Assembly: GCA_041662245.1 (NCBI GenBank)
Contig: JBAZSW010000005.1
Coordinates: forward strand, 57,837-121,836
Direction of reading: 5' to 3'
Length of the DNA stretch: 64,000 nt
Source of the DNA: Parcubacteria group bacterium
GTDB taxonomy: Bacteria; Patescibacteriota; Minisyncoccia; Moranbacterales; UBA9337
In this document: positions 27,044 through 37,138 of the stretch, one piece after another
Layout of the letters: each line of letters begins with the position of its first letter
Position numbering within the stretch: position 1 is the stretch's first letter
Notes under the pieces: model-generated
Told to the model about the DNA's origin: nothing
The model's database searches: none
What the model saw: only the letters and a program-made list of their open reading frames with translations
Program-made: the position numbers and the translations under genes

Positions 27044-28321
27044 GTGAATAAATTTTTTATTTCAATTAAACTCGCTTTAAGAAATCTTTATGGCAATAAG
27101 GTGCGAACCGCTTTATCGCTTTTGGGTATTGTTATTGGAGTGACTTCAGTGATTTTGATTTTAGCTTTAGGTAATGGTTTGAGAAATTTTGTTACTGATC
27201 AGGTAGAGAGCTTTGGAACAGATATTGTGCAGATAGAGATCAAAGTTCCCAAAACTTCTCATGTTTCTTCAGAAAATATGGGGGCGATGGCTGGGGGAAC
27301 TCAAATTACTACTCTTAAAATAGAAGAGTTGGAAGAAGTGGCTAAGTTGGCTAATCTAGGTGATTGGTATGCAGGAATATTGGGTCAGCAAATTGTTACG
27401 CGAGAGGATGAAAATGAGCAAACTTATATTTTTGGTGTGACTAGTGGGATGATGGAGGCAGACAGTGGGGCAGAGCTGGAAAAGGGAACATTTTTTACCG
27501 ATGAGGATGATAGAGATTTAAAACAGGTAGCTATCTTGGGAAGCAAAACTAAAGATTTATTTTTCCCCAATGAGGAAGCTGTGGGCCAAAGTATTAAAAT
27601 TGGAAAAAATAAATATAAGGTTATTGGTGTGGTGAAAGAGCGGAGCTCGAGTGGTGGTTTTGATTTTAATAAAATTGTTTACATTCCAGTCAAGACTCTC
27701 CAAAAAAAGATAATGGGAATTAAACATGTGCAATTTGCTATTTTTAAAATAAAAAATATGGAAATTGTTGATCAAACTATGGAAGAAATGCGTTCTATTA
27801 TGCGAGATAAACATGATATAGAATATGAGAATGAGAAGGATAAAAAAGAAGGCATTGATGATGATTTTGCTATAATGTCGATAGCTGAAGCTAAGGAAAT
27901 TTTAGATAAAGTTTTTAATATTATTGATTATTTACTTTTAGCTCTAGTTTCGATTTCTCTGATAGTGGGAGGCGTAGGAATAATGAATGTGATGTATGTG
28001 GCAGTAGCTGAACGAACTCAAGAGATAGGCCTAAGAAAAGCGGTGGGGGCTAGAAATAGTGATGTGCTTTGGCAATTTATTTTTGAAGCAATATTTTTAA
28101 CTTTGTTAGGTGGCGCTGTGGGGATAATTTTGGGAATTTTATTTGCTGAATTAGCCACCTATTTAATTGCTCAATATAACTATAATATTATTTTTGGGGT
28201 TACTGGCCGGTCAGTATTTATCGCAGTGGGATTTTCTATGATCACGGGAATAGTTTTTGGGTTTTACCCTGCCAAAAGAGCTTCTCAGTTAACTCCCGCT
28301 GAGGCATTACGCAAAGAATAA
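27044..28321 (+). CDS. ABC transporter permease, FtsX/MacB-like (second permease)
   Basis: Paralogous architecture to 25319-26566. Confidence 0.8.
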   Translation: MNKFFISIKLALRNLYGNKVRTALSLLGIVIGVTSVILILALGNGLRNFVTDQVESFGTDIVQIEIKVPKTSHVSSENMGAMAGGTQITTLKIEELEEVAKLANLGDWYAGILGQQIVTREDENEQTYIFGVTSGMMEADSGAELEKGTFFTDEDDRDLKQVAILGSKTKDLFFPNEEAVGQSIKIGKNKYKVIGVVKERSSSGGFDFNKIVYIPVKTLQKKIMGIKHVQFAIFKIKNMEIVDQTMEEMRSIMRDKHDIEYENEKDKKEGIDDDFAIMSIAEAKEILDKVFNIIDYLLLALVSISLIVGGVGIMNVMYVAVAERTQEIGLRKAVGARNSDVLWQFIFEAIFLTLLGGAVGIILGILFAELATYLIAQYNYNIIFGVTGRSVFIAVGFSMITGIVFGFYPAKRASQLTPAEALRKE

Positions 28322-28379
28322 CTTAAAATATAAATTTTATTTCAGTTGTCTTTTTAGACGGTTCCGTGTAAGATTTAAA

Positions 28380-29012
28380 ATGGTTATGAACAGATACGAA
28401 TCTACACAATATAAATTATCAATAGCTCTGAAGATAATGATAGGAGCTTTGGTTTTAATTAGTGCTTTCCGGCAGGAGCTTTTTCTGACTTCTGTTTCTT
28501 TAACTGTTTTGTTTTTTTCTTTTATGCCCACTATTGTGAGCAAGAATTATCGAATAAGATTACCTATTGAAGTTGATTTTATTGTAACATTGTTGCTTTA
28601 TTTGCATTTTGTTTTAGGGGAATATGATCATTTTTATTTAAAATTTCCTTGGTGGGATCTTCTTTTGCATAGTGGGAATAGTATAATTCTTGGTTTTTTG
28701 GGTTTCATTTTGGCCTATTCACTGATGCTTACCAGCAAGATGTCTACTAAGCCAATATTGGCCTCTCTTTTCTCATTGTCTTTTGCGGTTTTTATTGGAG
28801 TACTTTGGGAGATTTTTGAATTTAGTATGGATTATTTTTTTGGTTTTAGCATGCAAAAAAGTGGATTAGTGGATACTATGACTGATTTGATGATGGATGT
28901 GGTGGGTGGAGCAGTAGTGAGCGTGGCGGGATTTTTTTATATGAAAAAAAAGAAAGAAGGACTTTTTAGTAGATTGTTGCGGAAATTTTTAGAACATAAG
29001 TATAGGGACTGA
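28380..29012 (+). CDS. Hypothetical polytopic membrane protein
   Basis: About six hydrophobic segments. Confidence 0.5.
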   Translation: MVMNRYESTQYKLSIALKIMIGALVLISAFRQELFLTSVSLTVLFFSFMPTIVSKNYRIRLPIEVDFIVTLLLYLHFVLGEYDHFYLKFPWWDLLLHSGNSIILGFLGFILAYSLMLTSKMSTKPILASLFSLSFAVFIGVLWEIFEFSMDYFFGFSMQKSGLVDTMTDLMMDVVGGAVVSVAGFFYMKKKKEGLFSRLLRKFLEHKYRD

Positions 29013-29063
29013 AATTAGATTTATTTATTTTATAAGTACAGTAAGTAGTGTTAAAATTATATT

Positions 29064-30785
29064 ATGAAAGAGATTATAAAGAATGGAATTATAGAAGTAA
29101 CAAAGGAAATTATTTCTCAATATGGAAGTGAAAAAGATTTTAATTTTGAAGAATTAAATTTTGAAATAAATTTTGTCAAAGAAGAAAAATTTGGAGATCT
29201 ATCCTCCAATGTCGCGATGATGCTAGCGGGAAAATTAAAAATAAGTCCGATGCAAATAGCTACTGAAATTGCAAAATTATTAGAAATTAAAAGTATTGAG
29301 AATATAGACAAGGTAGAAGTAGCGGTTCCCGGATATATTAATTTTTATTTGGCTAAAGAATATTTTAATCAGGAGATTAAAAATGTTTTAGATTTGGATG
29401 AAAAATGGGGAGAGACCAATCAGCTGGATAATAAAACGTATATTTTTGAACATTCCTCGCCCAATTTATTTAAGCCTTTTCATATCGGGCATTTAGTCAA
29501 TAATGCTATCGGCGAATCACTGTCGAGAATTGTTAAAAAATCTGGCGCACAAGTAACCAGACTCTCTTTTCCTTCGGATATTTCTCCGGGAATTGCCAAA
29601 ACTGTTTGGGCTATAAAAGAAAAAAATTGGCAAGAGGAGATGACAATTGAAAGAATTGGGGAGGCCTATGTTTATGGCACAAAGGAATACAAAGAAAATA
29701 AAAAATCTAAAGCAGAGATAGATGCTATTAATAAAGCTTTGTATTTAAAAGAAGAATCGACTGAATTGGAAATTTATAAAAAAGGACAGGCACTTTCTTT
29801 GGATTATTTTAAGGAAATAACAGCCCGATTAGGCTCTAGCTTTGATAGACTAATTTTTGAGTCTGAGTCAGAAGTGGTGGGTAAGGAAATTGTTAAAGAA
29901 AATATTCCAGATATTTTTAGAGAGTCTGAGGGTGCGATAATTTTTCCTGGTTCAGAGTACGGACTCTTTGATAATGTTTTTATCAATTCACAAGGATTTG
30001 GCACTTATCTAACTAAGGATATCGGACTTCTAAAAATAAAATTTGATAAATTTAAATTTGATAAATCGGTAACTATCACCGATGTTGAGCAAAAAGAGCA
30101 TTTTCGATTAGTTAAAAAAGCTGGCGAGTTGGTAAATAAAGAATGGGCGGATAAAAGCGAATATATCCAGCATGGAAGATTGAGTTTTTCGGGAGAAAAA
30201 ATCTCTTCTCGTTTAGGTAATGTTCCGTTAGCACAAGACTTGATCGAAAAAGTAAAAGATAAAATTTTAGCTAAAATTAAAGGGCAAGATTTCCCAGAAG
30301 AAGAAAAAAATGAGATAGCTGAAAAAGTGGCTATCGGAGCTTTGAAGTATTCTATTTTAAAATGTGGTGCAGGCAAGAATATTATCTTTGATTTTGAAAA
30401 AGCCACGGCTTTTGAGGGAGATACCGGACCTTATTTGCAGTACGCTCTAGTGAGAGCTAATTCTATTTTGAATAATGCCAAAGAATTGGAAATTGAAGAT
30501 AAATTAGAGTTAGAAGAAAGAAAAGGGGAAACTCCCTTGGTGGAAAAAATGATTTTAAAATTTCCCGCTTCAGTCAGCGACGCTTTGCGTGATAATTCTC
30601 CTCATCACGTGGCCAATTATCTTTATAATTTGGCTTCAGAGTTTAGTTCTTTTTACGCCCAGACAAAAATTCTCGACACCACTAATCCAGATTTTAAAAA
30701 TAATTTAGCCCTAGTTCGCGCGATGCAGATAACTTTGAGAAATGGGTTGGAATTGTTGGGAATGGAGACGTTAAAGAGGATGTAA
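29064..30785 (+). CDS. argS: Arginine--tRNA ligase
   Basis: HIGH-region PNLFKPFHIGHLVN and a C-terminal DALR anticodon-binding domain (DALRDNSPHHVANYLYNLA). Confidence 0.9.
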   Translation: MKEIIKNGIIEVTKEIISQYGSEKDFNFEELNFEINFVKEEKFGDLSSNVAMMLAGKLKISPMQIATEIAKLLEIKSIENIDKVEVAVPGYINFYLAKEYFNQEIKNVLDLDEKWGETNQLDNKTYIFEHSSPNLFKPFHIGHLVNNAIGESLSRIVKKSGAQVTRLSFPSDISPGIAKTVWAIKEKNWQEEMTIERIGEAYVYGTKEYKENKKSKAEIDAINKALYLKEESTELEIYKKGQALSLDYFKEITARLGSSFDRLIFESESEVVGKEIVKENIPDIFRESEGAIIFPGSEYGLFDNVFINSQGFGTYLTKDIGLLKIKFDKFKFDKSVTITDVEQKEHFRLVKKAGELVNKEWADKSEYIQHGRLSFSGEKISSRLGNVPLAQDLIEKVKDKILAKIKGQDFPEEEKNEIAEKVAIGALKYSILKCGAGKNIIFDFEKATAFEGDTGPYLQYALVRANSILNNAKELEIEDKLELEERKGETPLVEKMILKFPASVSDALRDNSPHHVANYLYNLASEFSSFYAQTKILDTTNPDFKNNLALVRAMQITLRNGLELLGMETLKRM

Positions 30786-30834
30786 AGGGCAGTTTATAAA
30801 GTTTTTAAAGTTCCTAAGGTTTATAAAGTGGAGC

Positions 30835-30985
30835 TGTCATTTTGACCGGATAAATTTATGCCTATCATGTTGAATAACATGGTACTCATAAATTTAGGAG
30901 TGAAGAAATCTACATATTTTATAGCTGAGATTCCTCCATTTCCAAATATTTGAGTACAAAGATTTATCCAGTCGGAATGACACAC
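30835..30985 (-). mobile_element. MITE-like repeat element, copy C (complete unit with ~22-bp terminal inverted repeats, inverse orientation)
   Basis: The left arm ctgtcattttgaccggataaatttatg matches the reverse complement of the right arm ttatccagtcggaatgacacac. The arms also match the ends of copies A and B. Confidence 0.6.
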
Positions 30986-31043
30986 ATGAAGTATTTGTTT
31001 TAATGTTTTTATTTATAATTCATCCCATTAATGTAAGATTCAT

Positions 31044-31649
31044 ATGACCAAATATATTTTAAATTCAGGTAATGCGAAAAATTTTCCCCAAAAGGAAATT
31101 GCTTTTATTAACGAAATATTAGCTGATTTCAAACTAGGCAGTGAAGTAAAAATTCTATATTGCTTTTTTTCTCAAGCACGGGGAGGTTGGGAAGAAAAAT
31201 ATGAAAAATATAAAGAAAGGTTTTTGCAATTAGCTGGTTCAAAATTTAAATTAACTTTTAAACTAGCTTTCCCAGAAAAATTTGAAGAGCAATCTCAATC
31301 TAGCGATGTTATCTTGGTTCAGGGTGGAGATGATTATCTTTTGCAATTTTGGCTTAGTAAATTTGATTTGCCAAAAATTTGGAATGGGAAAATTGTAGCA
31401 ACCAGTTCGGCTGGATCAGATGCTCTAGCTAATTCATTTTGGACTTGTGATTGGCGAAAGAGTTTAAATGGATTAAATATTTTGCCAATTAAATTTATTC
31501 CTCATTACAAATCTGAGACTTATGGATTGGATGATTCGCGTGGACCGATTGACTGGGAAAAAGCTTATCAAGAAATTTCTCAATACGGAGATAAAAACCT
31601 GCCAATTTATGCATTAGAGGAAGGTGATTTTATTGTTTTTAGGCAATAG
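31044..31649 (+). CDS. Peptidase S51 family protein (peptidase E / type-1 glutamine-amidotransferase-like)
   Basis: ILNSGN...VQGGDDYLL...ATSSAGSDALANSF, with the Ser nucleophile in SAGS context. Confidence 0.6.
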   Translation: MTKYILNSGNAKNFPQKEIAFINEILADFKLGSEVKILYCFFSQARGGWEEKYEKYKERFLQLAGSKFKLTFKLAFPEKFEEQSQSSDVILVQGGDDYLLQFWLSKFDLPKIWNGKIVATSSAGSDALANSFWTCDWRKSLNGLNILPIKFIPHYKSETYGLDDSRGPIDWEKAYQEISQYGDKNLPIYALEEGDFIVFRQ

Positions 31650-31662
31650 GATAATCGGAAAT

Positions 31663-31862
31663 TGTCATTTCGACCGGACAAAGCTGTGTACTCAAAGATT
31701 TGGAAGTGGAGAAATCTAGTGTTACGTATAATGGATGGCTATTAATTTGAGATTTCTGTGCCACCGCTAAAGCTTTAGCGACACGCGGTCCGTGCATGAA
31801 TTTCCGATTACCCCAGTTATTCAACGGAGCAGGCAGAAATTTATTTAGTCGAGAGGACATGT
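31663..31862 (+). mobile_element. MITE-like repeat element, copy B
   Basis: About 85% identical to copy A over its ends, with a 33-bp insertion. Confidence 0.6.
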
Positions 31863-32048
31863 TTTTATCAATTTGCACCAATGTTATTGATTTTTCTTTT
31901 ATTTTTCTCTATTATAATTAGAGGAGTAAATTAACAATTTATAAAAATATCAACTCAAGTAAGAACAATGTTGTCTTCTCAAGAAAACAGAGAGGTTTGG
32001 TAGAATAGGGAAATAAAGGAAGAAAATCTTAAATTATGGAGAGAGGAT

Positions 32049-32330
32049 ATGTGTAGGGAATTGGATTTGAATAAGTTGTATTATTTTGGATTGACGTTGG
32101 ACAGTAGTGATAAGAGCGCTTTGATAGATAGGGTTGTCTTGATAATACCAAAACGTGATGATGGAGCCAGTGGGTATTGGTGTGCATTTTTTCGCCGAGG
32201 GCAATATTCTTTGGGTTATTCCGATGGATGCGAAGGTGAGATTTACCCCATTGAAAACATTGAGGAACATCTTGTTGGCGCTGGAGTGGATATTTCAGAG
32301 ATAAGGGGAAAGTTAAATTTTTTGGAATGA
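32049..32330 (+). CDS. Hypothetical protein (93 aa; overlapping antisense ORFs also exist, so the call is uncertain)
   Basis: ORF followed by a strong terminator. Confidence 0.3.
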   Translation: MCRELDLNKLYYFGLTLDSSDKSALIDRVVLIIPKRDDGASGYWCAFFRRGQYSLGYSDGCEGEIYPIENIEEHLVGAGVDISEIRGKLNFLE

Positions 32331-32386
32331 AATTCAGCACTTGTAAAAGGAGATCAACGCAGTGCGTAGGTCTCCTAAATTATTTA

Positions 32387-32420
32387 TTAGCACTCGCTCT
32401 TGACGAGTGCTAATTTTTTG
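32387..32420 (+). terminator. Rho-independent terminator
   Basis: ttagcactcg ctcttga cgagtgctaa ttttttg. Confidence 0.8.
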
Positions 32421-32505
32421 TTATAATTAAATTGTAACAGTTATAAAGTTCATAAAGTTTTTAAAGTTGTAAGGTTTGTAAAGTTGAGAAAACTATATTA
32501 TAGAC

Positions 32506-33252
32506 ATGAATAAACGACAAGAAAAAATCTTAGAGTGCATCGTGGAAGAGTATACTTCGACCGCTGTTCCGATTGGCTCTAAAATTTTAGTAGAAAAATA
32601 TGGTATAGATGCCAGTAGCGCCACAATTAGAAATGAGATGGCGGAATTGGAAGAATTGGGTTATTTATATCAACCCCACATTAGTGCGGGTAGAATCCCA
32701 ACTGATAAGGGTTATCGTTATTTTGTGGAAGAATTAATGAAAGATAAAGAATTAAGCAAGAGAGAACAACTGAAGTTACAAGAGGAATTATTGAAATTGA
32801 AAGCTAAAAATATGCGACTTTCCAGAACGAGCGCAAAATTACTTTCAGGTATTACAGGTAATCTGGCAATTAGCGGAATATTAGACAAAGATGAATTTGA
32901 TGATTTTGGAATGAGTGATTTATTAAGTGAACCTGAGTTTCAGAAATTGGATGAAATCTGCCGTTTGACAGAAACAATGGATTATATTGATGAGATGTTT
33001 GATAAAATTGTAAAAGAAATTAAAGAAGGGGAAACGAAAATATTTATCGGCTTAGAAAACCCTGTTAGCAAAATTTCTAGTTGTTCAATGATTGTTTCGC
33101 CCTATAAATTAAAAAATGGCCAGCAAGGGGTGCTAGCCTTGATTGGTCCGAAAAGAATGAAGTATGCCAAAAATAAATCATTAATAGAATATATTAAGAA
33201 GATAGTAGGAGGAGCGAGTGCTGTAGTGTTGATAGCTTATACCTTGACTTAA
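32506..33252 (+). CDS. hrcA: Heat-inducible transcription repressor HrcA (short form)
   Basis: N-terminal wHTH RQEKILECIVEEYTSTAVPIGSKIL...SSATIRNEM. Position before grpE-dnaK. Confidence 0.8.
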   Translation: MNKRQEKILECIVEEYTSTAVPIGSKILVEKYGIDASSATIRNEMAELEELGYLYQPHISAGRIPTDKGYRYFVEELMKDKELSKREQLKLQEELLKLKAKNMRLSRTSAKLLSGITGNLAISGILDKDEFDDFGMSDLLSEPEFQKLDEICRLTETMDYIDEMFDKIVKEIKEGETKIFIGLENPVSKISSCSMIVSPYKLKNGQQGVLALIGPKRMKYAKNKSLIEYIKKIVGGASAVVLIAYTLT

Positions 33253-33326
33253 GAGGTGTTGCTGGGGTGAATTACGAATTAAGTATTATGAAATAAGATT
33301 TAAGATTTATGATTTAAGAAAAAAAT

Positions 33327-34232
33327 ATGAAAAAGGAAAATAAAAAAGAAGAAATAGAAGAAAAAGGATGGTCGATGCAATTGACCGTCAAGGCTGTAGT
33401 TGTAGATAAAGATGGAAAAATTCTCTTGCTCAAAAGAGCTGACAAGGAAGTAACTAATGGTGCTAAATATGACTTGCCTGGTGGAGGAATTGAAAAGGGA
33501 GAGAATGTAAAAAATTCACTAAAAAGAGAATTATTAGAAGAGCTTGGATTAGACAATATAGAAATTGGAGCAGTTATTAGAATAAGTGAATATCCAGAAG
33601 GTCATAAAAAAATGGATGAACTGAAAGCAATTAGATTTATCGCCTATTACAACGGTGGAGAAATAAAATTAAATCCCCGCGAGCATAGCGGATATGAGTG
33701 GCTAAATTTTGAGGAAGCGATAAAAAAATTAAACACTGGCGATGGGTTTGAAGAAGAAAAAATGGAGACCATCAAAGAAGCACAAAAATATTTATTGATG
33801 CAGGAGTCTTTAGATGGGTGGAAGAGAAGTTTGGCAGAATTTGAAAATTATAAAAAGATGCAAGCCGAAAGCCAAAAAGATAGAATTCGTTATGCGACTG
33901 AAAATATTGTGATGCAGATTATACCCGTCATCGATAACTTCCAAACTTCGACTGCGCACATTCCCGAAGATCAAAAAGATAATCCCTGGGTGACTGGTAT
34001 AATGTATATTCAAAAGCAGCTGGAAAACGTACTGGTAGAAAATGGGGTAGAAGAAATTAATTTAAAAGTTGGAGATAATTTTGATACTAAATATTGTGAG
34101 GCGGTACTCGATAATGAATGTGATGAATGTAAGGATAAGGAAAAATATAAGAATAAGATTAGCAAAGTTATTTTAAAAGGTTATAAAATTGGAGATAAAG
34201 TGATTCGAGCAGCGCGAGTAATTGTAAAATAA
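33327..34232 (+). CDS. grpE: NUDIX hydrolase-GrpE fusion protein (nucleotide exchange factor GrpE with an N-terminal Nudix domain)
   Basis: Nudix box GGGIEKGENVKNSLKRELLEELGL within residues 1-145. GrpE motifs FENYKKMQAE...IIPVIDNF...GVEEI...FDTKYCEAV...KGYKIGDKVIRAARV at residues 165-301. One continuous ORF. Confidence 0.8.
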   Translation: MKKENKKEEIEEKGWSMQLTVKAVVVDKDGKILLLKRADKEVTNGAKYDLPGGGIEKGENVKNSLKRELLEELGLDNIEIGAVIRISEYPEGHKKMDELKAIRFIAYYNGGEIKLNPREHSGYEWLNFEEAIKKLNTGDGFEEEKMETIKEAQKYLLMQESLDGWKRSLAEFENYKKMQAESQKDRIRYATENIVMQIIPVIDNFQTSTAHIPEDQKDNPWVTGIMYIQKQLENVLVENGVEEINLKVGDNFDTKYCEAVLDNECDECKDKEKYKNKISKVILKGYKIGDKVIRAARVIVK

Positions 34233-34498
34233 AAAACCACCCTCTAAGAGATTGCTCTAAGGCGAGGGCGGTTATGCGGGGGGGATAAGAAGAGGAAGAG
34301 CTGGTAGTTGAATGTTTTTTAGGAGGTGATATAGGGGTGGAGAGAAGTTTCTCTCCGAAAAATAATTCAACTTACCAGCTACTAAAAGATTAGACTATTT
34401 ATATTAAAAAGTCAAGTAATAATTAATAATTAAAATAAGTAATAAAGATTTTAGCTAATTATAACCAAAAAACTAATCAGCTAAAAACTAAAAAAAAT

Positions 34499-36415
34499 AT
34501 GGGTAAAATATTAGGAATTGATCTGGGAACTACTAATAGTGCGATGGCAATTGTTTCGGGCGGTAAGCCAGAAATAATTGAAAACAAGGAGGGAAATCGA
34601 ACCACTCCTTCAATGATAGCAGTCAATAAAGGTGGAGAAAGATTGGTGGGATTACTTGCTAAACGTCAAGCAGTAACTAATCATGAAAATACTTTGTTTT
34701 CAATCAAGAGATTGATTGGAAGAAAGTTTGATGATAAAGATGTTCAAGAGGACATTAAATTGATGCCGTTTAAAATTTCCAAAGCATCAAATGGTGGTAT
34801 CAATGTAAAAATGGGAGATAAAGAATATACCCCGCGAGAAATTTCCGCGATGGTACTGCAAAAACTTAAAGCGGATGCGGAAGAAAAATTGGGAGAAAAA
34901 ATTGAAGAAGCGGTAATTACTGTGCCAGCATATTTTGATGATTCTCAAAGAAAAGAAACTAAAGAAGCTGGAGAAATCGCAGGGCTAAAAGTAAAGAGAA
35001 TTATTAATGAACCTACGGCGGCCGCTTTGGCTTACGGATTTGATAAAAAGAAAAATGAAAAAATTGCTGTTTATGATTTGGGAGGAGGAACTTTTGATAT
35101 TAGTATTTTGGAAGTGGGAGATGATACCGTGGAAGTAATCAGCACCAATGGAGACACCCATTTGGGAGGAGATGATTTTGATCAGGTTCTTATCAATTGG
35201 ATTATTGACGAATTTAAAAAGCAAGAAGGGATTGATTTAGGAAAAGATAATTTGGCTTTGCAAAGAATTAAAGAATCGGCCGAAAAAGCCAAAATTGAAC
35301 TTTCTACTGCTCAAGAAACAGAAATTAATCAACCTTTCATAACTACTGATGCCAACGGTCCGAAACATTTAGTAATGAAACTAACTCGCTCCAAAATGGA
35401 AGAATTGGTGGGAGATTTGGTAATTAAAACCATGGAGCCAGTTAAAAAAGCTCTCAAGGATGCTAAGCTGGAAACCAAAGATATTAATGAAATCGTGATG
35501 GTAGGAGGAATGACTCGTATGCCACTTGTCCAAAAGAAAGTAGAGGAATTTTTTGGCAAGAAACCTAATTCTAGTGTAAATCCTGACGAAGTAGTGGCGA
35601 TGGGCGCAGCCATTCAAGGTGGGGTATTAGCCGGTGATGTAAAAGATGTATTGCTACTTGATGTAACACCACTAACACTGGGAATTGAAACAATGGGAGG
35701 TGTGTCTACAGCTTTGATTGAAAGAAATACAACTGTACCAACCAAAAAATCTCAAATTTTTTCTACGGCGGCCGATAATCAACCTAGTGTGGAAATTCAT
35801 GTGCTTCAAGGAGAAAGAGAAATGGCAGAGGGTAATAAAACCTTAGGAAGATTTATTTTAGATGGTATCGCACCGTCTCCTCGAGGAATTCCGCAAGTGG
35901 AGGTAACTTTTGATATTGATGCTAATGGAATTTTAAGTGTGAGTGCTAAAGATAAAGCAACTGGCAAAGAGCAATCAATTCGAATTGAAGCGTCTAGCGG
36001 AGTGAGTAAAGAAGAAATTGAAAGAATGAAACAGGATGCGCAGGTACATGCCGAAGAAGATAAAAAACGCAAAGAAAAAGTAGAGGCTAAAAATATTGCC
36101 GAGAGTCTAGTGTACTCCACGGAAAAAGCCCTGAAAGATTCTGGGGATAAAATTAGTGAAGATAAAAAGAAGCCAGTAATTGAAAAAATGGAAGCCTTAA
36201 AAGAAGTTCTAAAGAAAGAAGAATCAACTACGGAAGATATAAAGAAGGCAACAGAAGAATTTTCGACTGAAGCACAAAAGATTGGTGAAGAACTTTATAA
36301 AGCGGCACAACCTACACCAGAAGCTTCCGCCTCCGCTGAAGCTACGGGCGAGACGAAGGAAGATAATGTGAAGGATGCGGAGACTGAACCAAAAAAGGAT
36401 GAGGATAAAAAATAA
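34499..36415 (+). CDS. dnaK: Molecular chaperone DnaK (Hsp70)
   Basis: [21 protein letters not shown] and [11 protein letters not shown] signatures. Confidence 0.95.
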   Translation: MGKILGIDLGTTNSAMAIVSGGKPEIIENKEGNRTTPSMIAVNKGGERLVGLLAKRQAVTNHENTLFSIKRLIGRKFDDKDVQEDIKLMPFKISKASNGGINVKMGDKEYTPREISAMVLQKLKADAEEKLGEKIEEAVITVPAYFDDSQRKETKEAGEIAGLKVKRIINEPTAAALAYGFDKKKNEKIAVYDLGGGTFDISILEVGDDTVEVISTNGDTHLGGDDFDQVLINWIIDEFKKQEGIDLGKDNLALQRIKESAEKAKIELSTAQETEINQPFITTDANGPKHLVMKLTRSKMEELVGDLVIKTMEPVKKALKDAKLETKDINEIVMVGGMTRMPLVQKKVEEFFGKKPNSSVNPDEVVAMGAAIQGGVLAGDVKDVLLLDVTPLTLGIETMGGVSTALIERNTTVPTKKSQIFSTAADNQPSVEIHVLQGEREMAEGNKTLGRFILDGIAPSPRGIPQVEVTFDIDANGILSVSAKDKATGKEQSIRIEASSGVSKEEIERMKQDAQVHAEEDKKRKEKVEAKNIAESLVYSTEKALKDSGDKISEDKKKPVIEKMEALKEVLKKEESTTEDIKKATEEFSTEAQKIGEELYKAAQPTPEASASAEATGETKEDNVKDAETEPKKDEDKK

Positions 36416-36422
36416 ATAACTA

Positions 36423-36449
36423 AACGGGAGTTCTTGCTCCCGTTTTTTT
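36423..36449 (+). terminator. Rho-independent terminator after dnaK
   Basis: aaacgggag ttcttg ctcccgttttttt. Confidence 0.8.
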
Positions 36450-36532
36450 ATCTTGTCATTTTTTCAGAAAGGGAAATCTAAAATTAAAAAACGACCTCGG
36501 GTGAGATCGTTTGGATTGTCCATGATAAGACT

Positions 36533-36721
36533 TTAGCATCGGCATTGCCTCAAATCAGAAAATGTTGCGTTACATGAGCGGCAATGATATTTATCTGGTC
36601 GAGATATTTGAGAAGTGTTTAGGCTTGTCTTTCCTTGGGCTGGATTGGTTTCAACGTCAGAACTGCTACAGTTAGGACAAGCCATTTTTGGAGGCTCCCA
36701 TTTGGCTAGCTTTCTTAGCAT
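36533..36721 (-). CDS. Small zinc-ribbon protein (IS1 InsA-like CxxC-x20-CxxC)
   Basis: MACPNCSSSD...GKT...YHCRSCNATF. Confidence 0.45.
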   Translation of the reverse strand: MLRKLAKWEPPKMACPNCSSSDVETNPAQGKTSLNTSQISRPDKYHCRSCNATFSDLRQCRC

Positions 36722-36797
36722 AATGTTGTTTCCTTTTTAGGTGAGTATCGGTGGCAGAAATTTACGAAATAACTCTCCACATGAGCGACATTTGTTT

Positions 36798-36926
36798 TTA
36801 ATTGTTCTGGCTTTGATGCCATCTTTTTTTAAAAAAGTGGTATTTCTCAAAACAATTGCTCGCTCCGCAATAGGGACAGCGTCTCTTGTCAACGATGTTT
36901 TTATTCATAGGGTATCTCCTTGTGTG
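36798..36926 (-). CDS. Small Cys-containing protein (CPYC..C); start taken at the internal Met
   Basis: MNKNIVDKRRCPYCGASNCFEKYHFF. Member of a tandem group of Zn-ribbon ORFs. Confidence 0.3.
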   Translation of the reverse strand, partial: HTRRYPMNKNIVDKRRCPYCGASNCFEKYHFFKKRWHQSQNN

Positions 36927-37113
36927 ATAGCGTAGTATCCCCAAAAAAATTTCCGCAGGTAAAACAGAACCATTTTGCATTCCGTAAAGAACAAGCGTCG
37001 ATATTATAATTTGGATTTAAAACGACACTTTCTTCGTTTTCTCCATCAGGATTGCAATAAGGGCAGAAAGGGCAGTCATCATGACTTGTGTCAATAAATT
37101 CATGAGTGTTCAT
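36901..37113 (-). CDS. Small zinc-ribbon protein (CPFCPYC ... CFTC)
   Basis: MNTHEFIDTSHDDCPFCPYCNPDG...WFCFTCGNFF. Confidence 0.4.
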   Translation of the reverse strand: MNTHEFIDTSHDDCPFCPYCNPDGENEESVVLNPNYNIDACSLRNAKWFCFTCGNFFGDTTLSHKEIPYE

Positions 37114-37138
37114 GGTAACCTCTTTGCGTAGAAAAATT

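Noticed and set aside
31639-31881. Minus-strand ORF (80 aa) inside MITE-like copy B, partly conserved in copy A (FMHGPRVAKALAVAQ)
   Set aside because: The copies are ~85% identical at the DNA level. The reading frame is broken in copy A and absent in copy C. Conservation is explained by the repeat element itself, so there is no independent coding evidence.
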